Assembly (NCBI GenBank): GCA_965261005.1
Contig: OZ253375.1
Coordinates: 640,001 to 704,000, forward strand
Direction of reading: 5' to 3'
Source: Deinococcus sp.
GTDB taxonomy: Bacteria; Deinococcota; Deinococci; Deinococcales; Deinococcaceae
Length of the DNA stretch: 64,000 nucleotides
Position numbers and translations under genes: made by a program. Positions 40,685 through 52,508 of this stretch are shown piece after piece; positions within the stretch are counted from its first letter, which is position 1; each line of letters starts with the position of its first letter. The notes under the pieces are model-generated. The model did not search any database. It was not told the origin of the DNA and saw only the letters and a program-made list of their open reading frames with translations.

Positions 40685-43252
40685 AATGTCCTTCCTCTTT
40701 TTACAATTGCAATCCAATTTATACTATGTTGCTCAATTTTATTCCAACTCCAAACATTGTCCTCACCGGCAATACCATTTAATGATTCCGAAGTTTTTGA
40801 GTTCCATTTTAAAGTTCTCCATGCGACACCAGAAGAAATTTGTTCTTCGCCGTAAGGGTCATCAACTACTAACCCTTTATCGTTCATGCCTTGTACGCGC
40901 ACGATATGTCCATAAATGCTCATCGTGATTGCATTTCCAGCCGCCAACTCTGGAAGTACGGTACTTTCCCACCAGCCGCGCTTGTGCTGCTGTCCTCCAG
41001 AAGAGTGTGCGGACTTCAGCGCCCATTTCCTCCGCAACAACCTTCCACCCTTCATTCTGTTCACGGTGATACTTAACAGCAATCCTATTCTTTCCCGCTT
41101 GTGTCTGTTCTTTATCCATCAACCGATCTACGTACTGGCGGCGTACATCTTCAAGGTAATCCTCAAACTGTGGAAACTCTTTCGGCTTGGGATTCTCTAT
41201 GCCCAACGTCTCCAACGCCATAGACAGGGATGTAAGATTACACATAACGTCGGCAATCTTCGCGCCAATTCGCTTTCCATGTGGACCGAACGGCGTATTG
41301 AGTTCGTCTACCGCCCTGCCAATGCTCTGATTATTGCGTTGGTTATGATAGGGCGTTTTGGTTTGTAGCAGCAGATAAAGGTCGTGTTGTTTATTGTCAT
41401 CCAACTTCTCTATGGCCTGCCGGGCTGCTCTGATTTGGGCAATGCTGTAGTGCCGCAGGTGTCCTTTAAGACTAAGCAGCGCGTCCAGCGCGTCGGGCGT
41501 GCCCTCGCCGATCAGGGCCGATTCTGAAGCAGGGACCTCTTCAGCCGCTTGCTCCGGCTTGAATTGCTCGGCGACTGCTGTCTTGACTTGTGCGACTTCA
41601 AGCGCCGTGCGGTACAGCTTGTTTTGGAACTGTCCGTTCAGCTTGACCTGCTGCCCTTCGTAGCTGGCGCTGCCCTCGAAACGGGCGCCGTTCTCCTGGC
41701 CTTCCAGCACCACGCGCCCGTCAGCAGACAGCGAGCCACGCAACGACCACGCTCTCCCACCTTTCACGCTGTAACTTCCCTTCAGCTGCCCGTCCTCATG
41801 GCGCTCCAAATTGAATACGAAGGCGATGCCGCCCTCACCGCTCCCCTGAAGGCTGTGAACCCAACTTTGTCCGGGCTTCGGAGCGCTGGCTTGAGTTGGG
41901 GCTGAGGGAGCAGCCGGTACAGACACCGTGACGGGCGCTTCGGGCGCCGCCACCTGCGTTGGATCCTGGTTCATGGTGGCCGAGTAAATCTGCTCGCCGT
42001 GGTCTTTCACACGCGAATCCGACACCATGCGCCCTTTGCTCGGGTCCCAAACTTTGAAGGTCTCGCGCTCGATGTGACGGCTACGCTCGTCAATATTGGT
42101 GCCGAAGGTTTCGCGCCAATGCAGCCGCACCGCGTCGGCCGCTTCGACCGGGGTGATGTTGCCGTCCTTGTTGCTGTCCAGCCCCTTGTTGTTTTAGTAG
42201 CGCGTGGGGCTTCGCTGCTGGTTGGTCCATACGGCTTCATGGGCCTTGTTTGCGCTTCCACCCAAGTTCGCCATATACAACTCTTCCAGCGTGACCTGAC
42301 GCCCCTCTTTCTTCGCCCGCTCGACTGCCGCCGGCAAGCCGTGCTGTTTGAAATAGATTTCAATGTACTGAAGCTGCTCAACAGCGGATAAGTGGGGAAG
42401 CTCGTCCGCAGTCTCGACCTTGCGGCTTAATGTTTTGGAGTCATTACTTCTCAAAATACTTTCAAGCGCTCCATCACCAATCTGCGTCATGCCGTAATAG
42501 CCCAACTGGTTGTCGGCCTTGGGGTCCAGCCCCCTGGTGCCCCTGCGCCAGTCCGCAGATTCGTAAGCCATCACGGCCAGCAGCATGTCGCGCGGCACGC
42601 CCAAGCGCTGGGCCACGCGGCCGGCTTCTTCCAAAAAGCCGGCTTCCTGCAAGGCGGGCAGCTTGGCGGCCATCTTCGGGCTGATGGTCTCGGACCACGG
42701 CTTGGAAGGGACGGCGCCTTGCTCGGGATGACCCACCGCTTGCGCCGCCGCCCGCGTCTGCGGCTCTTCTCTTTTCACCTGAGCGCCCGCCGACCGCAGC
42801 TCGAAGTTGTCGAGCGCGACGCCGCCCTTGCGGAAGCGTTCGATCAGCAGGGTGTTGTCTCCGGTGTAGCGTCCGGTGAAGTGGGCGTCGTTGCTGAGTC
42901 CCTCCAGCGCGAAGCGGCCGTCCGTCCGAATGGTGCCTTCGAGGGGCCAACCTTCTTTGCTTCCACCCTGAGCGAAGTAGCGGGCGTCCAGCCGGCCGTC
43001 CGCCTGGCGGTGCAGCTGGAGACGAAAGGCAAACGCGCCTTGACCACCTTGAAAGTCGCGCGTCCAGCTTTGCTCGGCGGTCTTGAGCGGTGCGTTTGCC
43101 TGACCGTCGGTAAAGCGGTTCAGCGGCTCAGTCGACCCTGCCGAACTGAAGCGGCCAGCGCCGGGCGCAAAACGTGGCCGAAGAGGCGCCGAAGCTTGCT
43201 CGGTGGAACCCGATTCCAATTCACTTTGATCGCGCCGCATCACCTGACTCAT
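40681..43252 (-). pseudogene. Disrupted modular cell-wall effector (~856 aa reconstructed): beta repeat, lysozyme/SLT-like domain, beta repeat, C39-like peptidase
   Basis: RBS GGAGGA and ATG 43252. In-frame TAA at 42194-42196 is followed directly by NNKGLDSNKDGNIT. A frameshift near 41000 joins the MCNLTSLSMAL frame to the GHIVRVQG...VDDPYG frame. Confidence 0.8.
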
Positions 43253-43328
43253 GAGTCCTCCATGTGTATAAAGTGTAGCAGCGCGGACGCCGGCTGAGCG
43301 GTAAATTTGACCTCTTTCTCGTTTTTTC

Positions 43329-43363
43329 AAAGCAAGGCGCCCGGCACTCCATGTGCCGGGCGC
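43329..43363 (-). terminator. Terminator after murA
   Basis: GCGCCCGGCAC-N5-GTGCCGGGCGC stem with a weak T tail on the minus strand. Confidence 0.65.
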
Positions 43364-43376
43364 GAAGAAGGTTGTC

Positions 43377-44663
43377 TCAGTCCATCGCGGCGGCCAGCAC
43401 CGGCTCGGGCTGGTAGGCGTGGGCGCCAATCGAGCGCAGGCGTTCGGCGAGGCGCTCGTAGCCGCGGTTGACGTACTGCATACCGTCGATGACGCTTTCG
43501 CCTTCGGCGGCCAGCGCCGCGACGAACAGGGCCGCGCCGGCGCGAATGTCGGCGGCGCGCACCGGGGCGCCGTGCAGGGGACCGCCCTGAATCACCTGGG
43601 TGTGTTCGCTCACCACGATCTGCGCGCCCATGCGGTTCAGCTCGACCACGTGCGTCAGGCGGTCGGCGTAGATCTTGTCCACCACGACGCTGGTGCCCGG
43701 CACGGTGGCGAGAAGGGCGCTCATCTGCGGCTGAAGGTCGGTGGGAAAGCCGGGAAATTCCAGCGCGGTCACGTTGGTGGGCCGCAGGGGCGCCGAGGAG
43801 GCGTCGAGCAGCATGCGGTCGCCGCTTTCCAGAATCACCACGCCCATCTCTTGCAGCTTGGCGCTCACCGCCTTGAGATGGGCGGGGCGCACGTTGGTCA
43901 GGGTCAGCTTGGAGCGCGTCGCGGCGGCGGCGATCATAAAGGTGCCCGCCTCGATGCGGTCGGGAATGACGCTGTACTCGCCGCCGCGCAATCCGCGCAC
44001 ACCCCGCACGACAATGGTGTTGGTACCGGCGCCCTCGATGTCGGCCCCGAGGCTGTTGAGAAAGTTCACCAAATCCACCACGTCGGTGTCAATGGAGGCG
44101 TTGTCGAGCTGCACCCGGCCGCTTCCCAGCACGGCGGCCAGGATGGCGTTCTGGGTGGCGCCGACCGTCAGCATCTCAAATACGTAGCTGCCCGAGAGGG
44201 GGCGCACCCGGCGGCCGTGAAACGAGCCGCCCTCCTCCTCAAGCTCGGCGCCGAGGGCGCGAAAGACCTTGACGTGCTGGTCCACCGGCCGGTGCCCGAA
44301 AGCGCAACCTCCCGGCATGCTGACCTTGGCCTCGCCGGTGCGCGCCAGCAGCGCGCCCATCACGATGAACGACGCGCGCATCTTGCTCACCAGGGCGTAG
44401 GGCGTCTCGATGGACACGATTTCGGGCGTGTGCAACACCAGCGAGTTGGGGCCGACCCAGGCGGCGCGCGTGCCCAGGTGCGACACGATCTCCAAAATGG
44501 TGTAGATGTCGCTCAACCGTGGAATCCCGTGCAGCGTGACCGGCTCGGCGCTCAGCAAGCTCGCCACGATAATGGGCAGCGCGGCGTTTTTGCTGGGCTG
44601 AATGTCGAGTTCGCCGGAAAGCGGGACGCTGCCGGTCACGTGCAGGGGGCTGAGGTGGAGCAT
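43377..44663 (-). CDS. murA: UDP-N-acetylglucosamine 1-carboxyvinyltransferase
   Basis: SKNAALP, KMRASF, PGGCAFGHRP, PDRIEAGT, PGFPTDLQ, DIRAGA. Confidence 0.97.
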   Translation of the reverse strand: MLHLSPLHVTGSVPLSGELDIQPSKNAALPIIVASLLSAEPVTLHGIPRLSDIYTILEIVSHLGTRAAWVGPNSLVLHTPEIVSIETPYALVSKMRASFIVMGALLARTGEAKVSMPGGCAFGHRPVDQHVKVFRALGAELEEEGGSFHGRRVRPLSGSYVFEMLTVGATQNAILAAVLGSGRVQLDNASIDTDVVDLVNFLNSLGADIEGAGTNTIVVRGVRGLRGGEYSVIPDRIEAGTFMIAAAATRSKLTLTNVRPAHLKAVSAKLQEMGVVILESGDRMLLDASSAPLRPTNVTALEFPGFPTDLQPQMSALLATVPGTSVVVDKIYADRLTHVVELNRMGAQIVVSEHTQVIQGGPLHGAPVRAADIRAGAALFVAALAAEGESVIDGMQYVNRGYERLAERLRSIGAHAYQPEPVLAAAMD

Positions 44664-44942
44664 GGGGCTTCCTTTCAAACGCGGGGCGCGGGCGCCAGAT
44701 CGAAAAATTTTTAGGGAGGTTGGGGAGAAGGTGAGACGCCATACGGGGCATCTGAGTGGCATCTTACACATCATACTCACGTGCGTCTAGTGCGGCGTGT
44801 CAGGTCGTGTTGTCGCTACACACCCGGCATGCTAGGCTGACAGCGCTTAACGCACGCGTCGGCGCGCGTTCAGACGGCGGGCAGGGTCAGCATAAAGGAC
44901 GCGGCCGAACAACGCCAAAGTACGTGAACTCGGGAGCGCCGT

Positions 44943-45164
44943 ATGCCGAAAAAGGAACGCAAACGCTTGCAGGTGGTGATTTCGGAACAGCAAGACGCCT
45001 TGCTGACCAAAACCGCTTACGAGCTGTCCAGCCCAGAACGGCTGATCTCGAAAAGTGAGGTGGTGCGCCTCGCCATCGAAAAAATTGCCCGTGAACTCGG
45101 TGAGGGCGAGCCGCTCGACGACTACCGCAACCTGCTCGAAGACGACAGCGTCAAGGACGAGTGA
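44943..45164 (+). CDS. Small ribbon-helix-helix-like transcriptional regulator
   Basis: RKRLQVVISEQQDALL...SKSEVVRLAIE pattern; RBS GGGAG. Confidence 0.8.
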   Translation: MPKKERKRLQVVISEQQDALLTKTAYELSSPERLISKSEVVRLAIEKIARELGEGEPLDDYRNLLEDDSVKDE

Positions 45165-45184
45165 GACGGGCGTAAACTGAGGGC

Positions 45185-47104
45185 ATGACCGCCCGAACCG
45201 ACTTACCGTTTTCGGTTGGCGCCCGGTACGTGCTCGGCGACTTGATCGGCGAGGGGGGCAGCGCCAAGGTATACCGGGCCACCGACGCCGCTTTGGGGCG
45301 CGAGGTGGCCGTCAAGCTGCTGCACGAACACGTGCTGGACAACGACCGGCGGCGCTTTGAGCGAGAGATTCGCACGCTGGCGCGCGTGACCCATCCCGGC
45401 GTGGTGACCATCCACGACCTCGGGTACGACGCTTCGGGACGGCTTTTTTTTGTTATGCAGCTGTTGCTGGGCGGACCGATCAACGTGCTCGGACCGCTGG
45501 AAGACCACCCAGAAAGTTTGCGGCGTTTCTGCTCGGCAGGCGCCTTTGTGGCGCGCGCGCTGGACCACGTGCACGCACGCGGCGTCGTGCACCGCGACTT
45601 GACGCCGCACAACGTCTTGCTGGGTGAGGACGGCGTGCCGCGGGTGATGGACTTCGGGCTGGTCTACCTGTCCGAGGGCACCCGCGACTTGACCCGCGCC
45701 GGCTACACGCTGGGCACGCCGCAATACATGGCCCCCGAGCAGGCGCGCGGCGGCGAGGTGGGGCCGCACAGCGATCTCTACGCGCTGGGGGCGGTGCTGT
45801 ACCGGGTGGCCACCGGACGGGCGCCCTTTGAGGGCGAGAGCGACCAGGCGGTGCTGTACCAACACGTCTACGAGGCGCCCGCGCCGCCAGAGGCGCACAA
45901 CCCGGCAGTGCCAGAGGCGCTGTCGCGCGTGCTGCTGCGTCTGCTCGAAAAAGACCCCAGGCGGCGCCCGGCGAGCGGCGAGGAGACGGCCAGACTGCTC
46001 GAAGGGGTGACGGCCGAGGTCGCGCGCGAGCAGGCCGGGGGGCAGTTTCGCGGCGGACGCGCGCGAACGGGCGAGCACGCCAGCGGCCCCGCCGACGCCC
46101 GCCGGTTGCGCCAAGAGTGGCAGGTGCAGCTAGGCGGCGAGGTCACTTGGCCGGCGGCCGTGACCGCGAACGGCGCCTTGATCGCGGTGGGGACCCGGCG
46201 CAGCAAGCTGTGCCTGGTGGACAAGTCGGGGCGCCGCTACGCCGATTTACCCGCCGGCGACGAGGTGACCGCGCCCGCCACCCTGCACGCCGGCCTGGCC
46301 ATTTACGGCGCTTGGGACGGGCAGGTGCGCGCCACCGAGCTGAGCAGCGGCCTCGTGCGCTGGCGCTGGCAAGCGCGCGCCGAGGTGACGGGAGCGCCCA
46401 CATTGTGGGGAGACGGCTGCCTGATTCCCTCGCGTGACGGCCATCTGCACTGCCTGAACGCGGGAAGCGGTGAGCTGCTGTGGGCCTACCGCGCCGGCAG
46501 CCCCATCGCGGCCAGCCCAGCGCTGTGGGCCGGACACGCCTTCGTCGCCGACGAGGACGGCTGGCTGCACGCCGTCAACGCCCTGAGCGGCGCCCCCCTG
46601 TGGAAAGTTCAGCTGAGCACCGTTCACGCCACCCCCGCCATTGTGGCGCCGGGGGAGCCTGAGCGGGGGGCGGTCCTGATCGTGCCCACTTGGCAAGGCG
46701 AGGTGCAGGCGCTGCACCTCACGCTGCGCGGCGGCCTGCCCAGCCTTGCCGACGACGCGCTGTGGACCTACGACCTTGAGGACGAAGTGTGGGCCTCGCC
46801 GGCGGCGGACGCCGGGCGGGTCTACTTGGCGACATGGGGCGGGAAGGTGCAGGCCCTCAGTCTGCCCGGGGCCGACGAGCTGTGGTCGCGGCAGCTGGAG
46901 GGCCGCGTCACGGCCAGCCCGGTGCTCAGCGGAGACGTCCTCTACCTGGCCAGCGAGGCGGGCGAGGTGGTCGCCCTCAGCGCCCTGAGCGGCGAAACGC
47001 TGTGGTCAGCGCGCTTCGAGGAAGGTGTGCAGGCCACGCCGCTGGTCCACGAGGGCGCTCTCTACGTCGCCTTTATGAACGGTTCCTTAAGACGCTTTGC
47101 TTGA
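45185..47104 (+). CDS. rqkA: Ser/Thr protein kinase with PQQ-type beta-propeller repeats (RqkA-like)
   Basis: [34 protein letters not shown]-terminal ASP...G..LW repeats. Confidence 0.85.
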   Translation: MTARTDLPFSVGARYVLGDLIGEGGSAKVYRATDAALGREVAVKLLHEHVLDNDRRRFEREIRTLARVTHPGVVTIHDLGYDASGRLFFVMQLLLGGPINVLGPLEDHPESLRRFCSAGAFVARALDHVHARGVVHRDLTPHNVLLGEDGVPRVMDFGLVYLSEGTRDLTRAGYTLGTPQYMAPEQARGGEVGPHSDLYALGAVLYRVATGRAPFEGESDQAVLYQHVYEAPAPPEAHNPAVPEALSRVLLRLLEKDPRRRPASGEETARLLEGVTAEVAREQAGGQFRGGRARTGEHASGPADARRLRQEWQVQLGGEVTWPAAVTANGALIAVGTRRSKLCLVDKSGRRYADLPAGDEVTAPATLHAGLAIYGAWDGQVRATELSSGLVRWRWQARAEVTGAPTLWGDGCLIPSRDGHLHCLNAGSGELLWAYRAGSPIAASPALWAGHAFVADEDGWLHAVNALSGAPLWKVQLSTVHATPAIVAPGEPERGAVLIVPTWQGEVQALHLTLRGGLPSLADDALWTYDLEDEVWASPAADAGRVYLATWGGKVQALSLPGADELWSRQLEGRVTASPVLSGDVLYLASEAGEVVALSALSGETLWSARFEEGVQATPLVHEGALYVAFMNGSLRRFA

Positions 47105-47209
47105 ACTGTCGTCGGGCAGCCCATCCAATTTCACGGTGACGTTCATATCATCCGAGTAAAATAGGCGGGTTAGGAAGTGCCCGCGTTTCACGTTCTCCAG
47201 GAGGTTGAT

Positions 47210-47521
47210 ATGTTTGGTCTCGGCGCCCCCGAACTCATCATTATTTTGGTCGTCGCGTTGATTATCTTCGGTCCCAAGAAGTTGCCCGAACTGGGCAAGA
47301 GCCTGGGTCAGGGCATCCGCGAGTTCAGGCGCGGCACCTCGGGCTTGAAAGAGGAGTTGGAGTCGAGCTTCCGGGACGAGCCGGTCAGCACGCAGGCCGT
47401 CAGTACCCAAGCCGTCAGTACCAAGCCGAACGCGACCACCGTGCTCGCGCCCGAAGCTGCCCCAGAAGTCGCCGCCCCAGAAGTCAAGGAGCCGGAAGCG
47501 CAGCAGCGCACCCAGGCCTAA
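47210..47521 (+). CDS. tatA: Twin-arginine translocase TatA
   Basis: [39 protein letters not shown]. Confidence 0.96.
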   Translation: MFGLGAPELIIILVVALIIFGPKKLPELGKSLGQGIREFRRGTSGLKEELESSFRDEPVSTQAVSTQAVSTKPNATTVLAPEAAPEVAAPEVKEPEAQQRTQA

Positions 47522-47534
47522 AGACCGGAGGCGA

Positions 47535-47570
47535 AGGGGCGCGGAAAGCTGATCCGCGCCCCTCTTCTTT
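47535..47570 (+). terminator. Terminator after tatA
   Basis: AGGGGCGCGGA...TCCGCGCCCCT-CTTCTTT. Confidence 0.8.
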
Positions 47571-47600
47571 GGCCCTCCAGTTTTGACCCTACAATGGTCC

Positions 47601-48215
47601 GTGCCAAGCCCTCATCTGCTCGACCCGAATTACCTGATTCAGACCTTCTCCTACCTGGGCTTGCTGCTGGTCGTGTTCGCGGAAACCGGGCTGCTGGTGG
47701 GCTTTTTTCTGCCCGGCGATACCCTGCTGCTGACGGGCGGGGTATTCGCCGCGCACAGCACCCTTAGCTTGTGGGCGGTGTGTTTGGCTTGCTTCGTGGG
47801 GGCAGTTCTCGGTAACAGCGTCGGGTACTGGATCGGTTGGCGCTTCGGGGCGGCGGTCTTTTCGCGCCCCGAGAGCCGCCTGTTTCGGCCGGAGTACGTG
47901 GAGCAGGCGCGCGCCGCCTTTGACCGTTACGGGCCGCTGGCGCTGGTGGTGTCGCGCTTCGTGCCGATTCTGCGCACCTTCGTGCCCACCATGGCGGGCG
48001 CCGGGCGCATGAACTTTTCTCTTTTCACGGTCTACAACCTGCTGGGGGCGCTGCTATGGACCGTAGCCATTCCGGTCCTCGGCTATACCCTGGGGCGGCT
48101 TATCCCGGCGGAGGTGCTCGACCGCTACATCCTGTTGCTGGTCGGCGCGGTGGTGGTGGTGTCGCTGCTGGGGGTGGGCCTCGCCTTGCTGCGCCGGCCC
48201 AGAAGGGGGGGCTGA
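47601..48215 (+). CDS. DedA family membrane protein
   Basis: [33 protein letters not shown] before GTG 47601. Confidence 0.94.
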   Translation: MPSPHLLDPNYLIQTFSYLGLLLVVFAETGLLVGFFLPGDTLLLTGGVFAAHSTLSLWAVCLACFVGAVLGNSVGYWIGWRFGAAVFSRPESRLFRPEYVEQARAAFDRYGPLALVVSRFVPILRTFVPTMAGAGRMNFSLFTVYNLLGALLWTVAIPVLGYTLGRLIPAEVLDRYILLLVGAVVVVSLLGVGLALLRRPRRGG

Positions 48216-48292
48216 GCGCATCTGCGCCCCACCGGCGCGCGCCCTTCGCTAGCATATCGGTATGTCTGTCCTTTCCCCGCAGGTTCCCTAGC

Positions 48293-49791
<1,499 letters not shown>

Positions 49792-49795
<4 letters not shown>

Positions 49796-50028
49796 CCCTG
49801 ACCGTCCTCGTCGGGGCCGCTGCCCTCGCTGGCGTTCAGGGCCGTGGCGCGCGGGGCGCCCACCGCCGGCTCCTGAAACAAGTTGCTGCTGACCACCGGC
49901 GTGAAGCCGACCTCACCGTCCGCTTGATCGCTCTGGGCGCCGGGGTTCACGCGGTTGCCCTCCGAACGCTCCACCTCCTCGACCGATTTGCCCAGCGGCG
50001 GAATGTGGTCCAGCTTGTCCTCGGCCAC
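49792..50028 (-). CDS. Small acidic protein, paralogue 3 (78 aa)
   Basis: GTG start; [29 protein letters not shown]. Confidence 0.8.
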
Positions 50029-50029
50029 C

Positions 50030-50305
50030 TTAAGCCTCGCCGTTGTCGGTCGGTTCATCCTGGTTGGAGCGGCCTTGGCCGTCCTCCGGGACTTCTCCGA
50101 TCACGCCCGGCCACAGCGCCGCCCCGCCGCCGGGCGTCACGCCGCCCGTCGTCCCGGTGTTGACGACGGGAATCGGCACGACCACGCCTTCACCTTGCAG
50201 CCGCTCGCCGGGCGTGCTGGGGTTGACGCGGTTGCCGCTCTCACCCTCGATTTCTCCGACCGACTTGCCCAATGGGGGAATGTGGTCCAACTTGTCCTCG
50301 GCCAT
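50030..50305 (-). CDS. Small acidic protein, paralogue 2 (91 aa)
   Basis: [39 protein letters not shown]. Confidence 0.82.
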   Translation of the reverse strand: MAEDKLDHIPPLGKSVGEIEGESGNRVNPSTPGERLQGEGVVVPIPVVNTGTTGGVTPGGGAALWPGVIGEVPEDGQGRSNQDEPTDNGEA

Positions 50306-50307
50306 CT

Positions 50308-50574
50308 TCAACCCTCCTCGGAACTGTCGCGCTCGGTGTCGGCACGGTCGGCGTGGGTGTCGGCACCCCGCGCGTCTCCCAGCAGCGGGCTGACCGTGCC
50401 GCGCGCCGCCATGGGGGAACCTTCCGACGAACCCATCGCCGGAATGGGGGGCAGGGCGTCCTCCTGTCGCATGGCCTCGCCGGGCACGCTGGGGTTGGTG
50501 CGGTTGCCTTCGTCCGCCTCGATCTGCTCGACCGACGGACCGAGCGGCTTGCTGTCCCGATCTGAGTTGTCCAT
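50308..50574 (-). CDS. Small acidic protein, paralogue 1 (88 aa)
   Basis: TACCTT -10 7 nt before the ATG; MDNSDRDSKPLGPSVEQIEADEGNRTNP. Confidence 0.8.
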   Translation of the reverse strand: MDNSDRDSKPLGPSVEQIEADEGNRTNPSVPGEAMRQEDALPPIPAMGSSEGSPMAARGTVSPLLGDARGADTHADRADTERDSSEEG

Positions 50575-50748
50575 AAGCCCAAGGTAAAGCCTGGGCTTTG
50601 ATGGTTTTGAAGAACGCCTGAGTTGTGAGGCGCGAGGCAGACGCGCTTGTCGGTTTCTTAAAGCGGGTCTCTTGAGACAACCTTTAAACCGCGCCCCCCT
50701 CACGGCGAGCATTTCATCTGGCGTTTATGCTCGCGGCGGAGGTTCACC

Positions 50749-51483
50749 ATGAACAGGATTTTTGCGACCGGCACGCTGCTGCTCTCCTCGCTGGCGCTGG
50801 GCCAAGCCGTCAAGGGCAACGCCATTGACATTCAGAGCGGCGGCAAGGCTTACGCCTCGTACCTGGCGGCGCCCGCAACGGGCGCGACCAAAAAGCCGGC
50901 CATCGTGCTGATCCACTCGTTCAACGGGCTGGAGCAGGGCTACAAGGACATGACCGACGACCTCGCGAACCAGGGCTACGTCACGCTGGCCCTCGGCTGG
51001 CAGACCTTTGAAAAGGAGCCGAGCGACGCGGTCGTGAAGCAATTGATCGAGGACGGCCTGACCTACCTAGGGACCCGCGACGACGTGAACGTGCAGAACG
51101 TCGGCCTGACCGGCTTTTGCGCGGGCGGACGCTACACCATGCTGTTTTTGCCACAGCTGAAGCAGTTCAAGTCGGGCGCCGCTTGGTACGGCTTCCCCAA
51201 CCAGGGCGGCACCGACCTCAAGCCACAAAAGCCGCTGGACGTGCTGGGCCAGCTGAGCGTCCCGATGCTGATTCTGCACGGAACAAAAGACCAAGCCTCC
51301 CCCATCGCGGGCATTTACGACTACGCCCAGAAGCTTGACGCAGCCGGCAAGTTCTATGAGCTGAACGTCTATCAAGGGGAGCCGCACGGCTTTTACCTGA
51401 GGGACGGCTTGGTGGCCGACACCTTCGCCGCCAGGGAGGCCCGCGACGGCATGCTCAGCTTCTTCAACAAGACGCTGAAGTGA
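50749..51483 (+). CDS. Secreted dienelactone hydrolase family protein
   Basis: Signal peptide, GFCAGG, WYG, HGTKD, PHGF. Confidence 0.9.
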   Translation: MNRIFATGTLLLSSLALGQAVKGNAIDIQSGGKAYASYLAAPATGATKKPAIVLIHSFNGLEQGYKDMTDDLANQGYVTLALGWQTFEKEPSDAVVKQLIEDGLTYLGTRDDVNVQNVGLTGFCAGGRYTMLFLPQLKQFKSGAAWYGFPNQGGTDLKPQKPLDVLGQLSVPMLILHGTKDQASPIAGIYDYAQKLDAAGKFYELNVYQGEPHGFYLRDGLVADTFAAREARDGMLSFFNKTLK

Positions 51484-51585
51484 GCCAGACTTGATACGGT
51501 AAGCATCAAGTAATCTGATTAAACGGCGTCAGGAATGGTCGCCCCGTCCTATTGTTGGGGCGGGCGATTTTTCTAGAATGGGCGG

Positions 51586-52506
51586 ATGACGCAGGCATCC
51601 TATTTGATTCGCGGCACGGCGGCGCAGGACACGCTGCGGGTGCTGGCGGTGGACTTGACGGCGGTGGCCGAGGAGGCGCGGGACCGCTTCGACCTCAGCG
51701 CGACCGCGAGCGCGGCGCTGGGCCGCACGCTGGCCGGCTCGCTGCTGCTGGCACAGGTGTTTGCCAAGGACGATGGGGACGGGCGCGAGCGGGTGACCGT
51801 GCGCATTCAGGGGGACGGTCCCATCGGCTGGATTGTGGCCGAAGGCAGCGCCAACGGGGACGTGCGCGGCTACGTCAAGAGTCCCCACGCCGAGTTGCCG
51901 CCGCGCCCAGAGGACGGCAAGCTGGACGTGCGCGGTTTGATTGGGCGAGGGGACATCGCCGTGACACGCCTGCTGGAGAACGCCGAGCCGTACACCGGCA
52001 GCGTGGAACTGGTCAGCGGCGAGATCGCCGAGGACTTCGCCTACTACCTGGGCCACTCCGAGCAGATTCCCAGCGCCGTGCTGCTGGGCGTCTACGTGCA
52101 AGGGGGGCGGGTGACCCACGCGGGCGGTTTGCTGGTGCAGGCGATGCCGGGGGCGAGCGAGAAGGTGCTGGCCCAGTTGGAGGCCAACATCAAGCGGATG
52201 GGGCCGATCACCGACAACCTGCGCCAAGGTTCCATTCTGGCCGCCGCTCAGCGCGCGACCGAGGGCCTGGGCTTGCAGCTTCAGCCTGACGCGCTGGGCG
52301 TGCAGCTGAGGTGCCGCTGCTCCGAGGAGCGGGCGCTGGCGTCGCTGGCGTACTTCGGGCCGGAGGAGCGCCAGGAGATGATCGAGGACGGCGGGCAGGA
52401 GGTCGTGTGCCACTGGTGCGGGGTCAAGTACCACATCACCCCTGAGCAGATTCGCGAGTTGGACGATCACACGGACAGGCCGGCAGCGGTGAGCGTTCAG
52501 GCGTAA
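51586..52506 (+). CDS. hslO: Hsp33 redox-regulated chaperone
   Basis: ALGRTL, GDGPIG, SGEIAED, SEQIPS, CRC...CHWC zinc centre. Confidence 0.96.
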   Translation: MTQASYLIRGTAAQDTLRVLAVDLTAVAEEARDRFDLSATASAALGRTLAGSLLLAQVFAKDDGDGRERVTVRIQGDGPIGWIVAEGSANGDVRGYVKSPHAELPPRPEDGKLDVRGLIGRGDIAVTRLLENAEPYTGSVELVSGEIAEDFAYYLGHSEQIPSAVLLGVYVQGGRVTHAGGLLVQAMPGASEKVLAQLEANIKRMGPITDNLRQGSILAAAQRATEGLGLQLQPDALGVQLRCRCSEERALASLAYFGPEERQEMIEDGGQEVVCHWCGVKYHITPEQIRELDDHTDRPAAVSVQA

Positions 52507-52508
52507 GG

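Noticed and set aside
40990..41010. Programmed frameshift or read-through in the effector gene
   Set aside because: No slippery heptamer or homopolymer at the shift, and TAA is not a usual recoding codon; mutation or sequencing error is simpler.
50725..50741. RDRM-like TTATGCTCGCGGCGGAG before the dienelactone hydrolase
   Set aside because: Two mismatches, and explained by a TATGCT -10 plus the GGAGG RBS.
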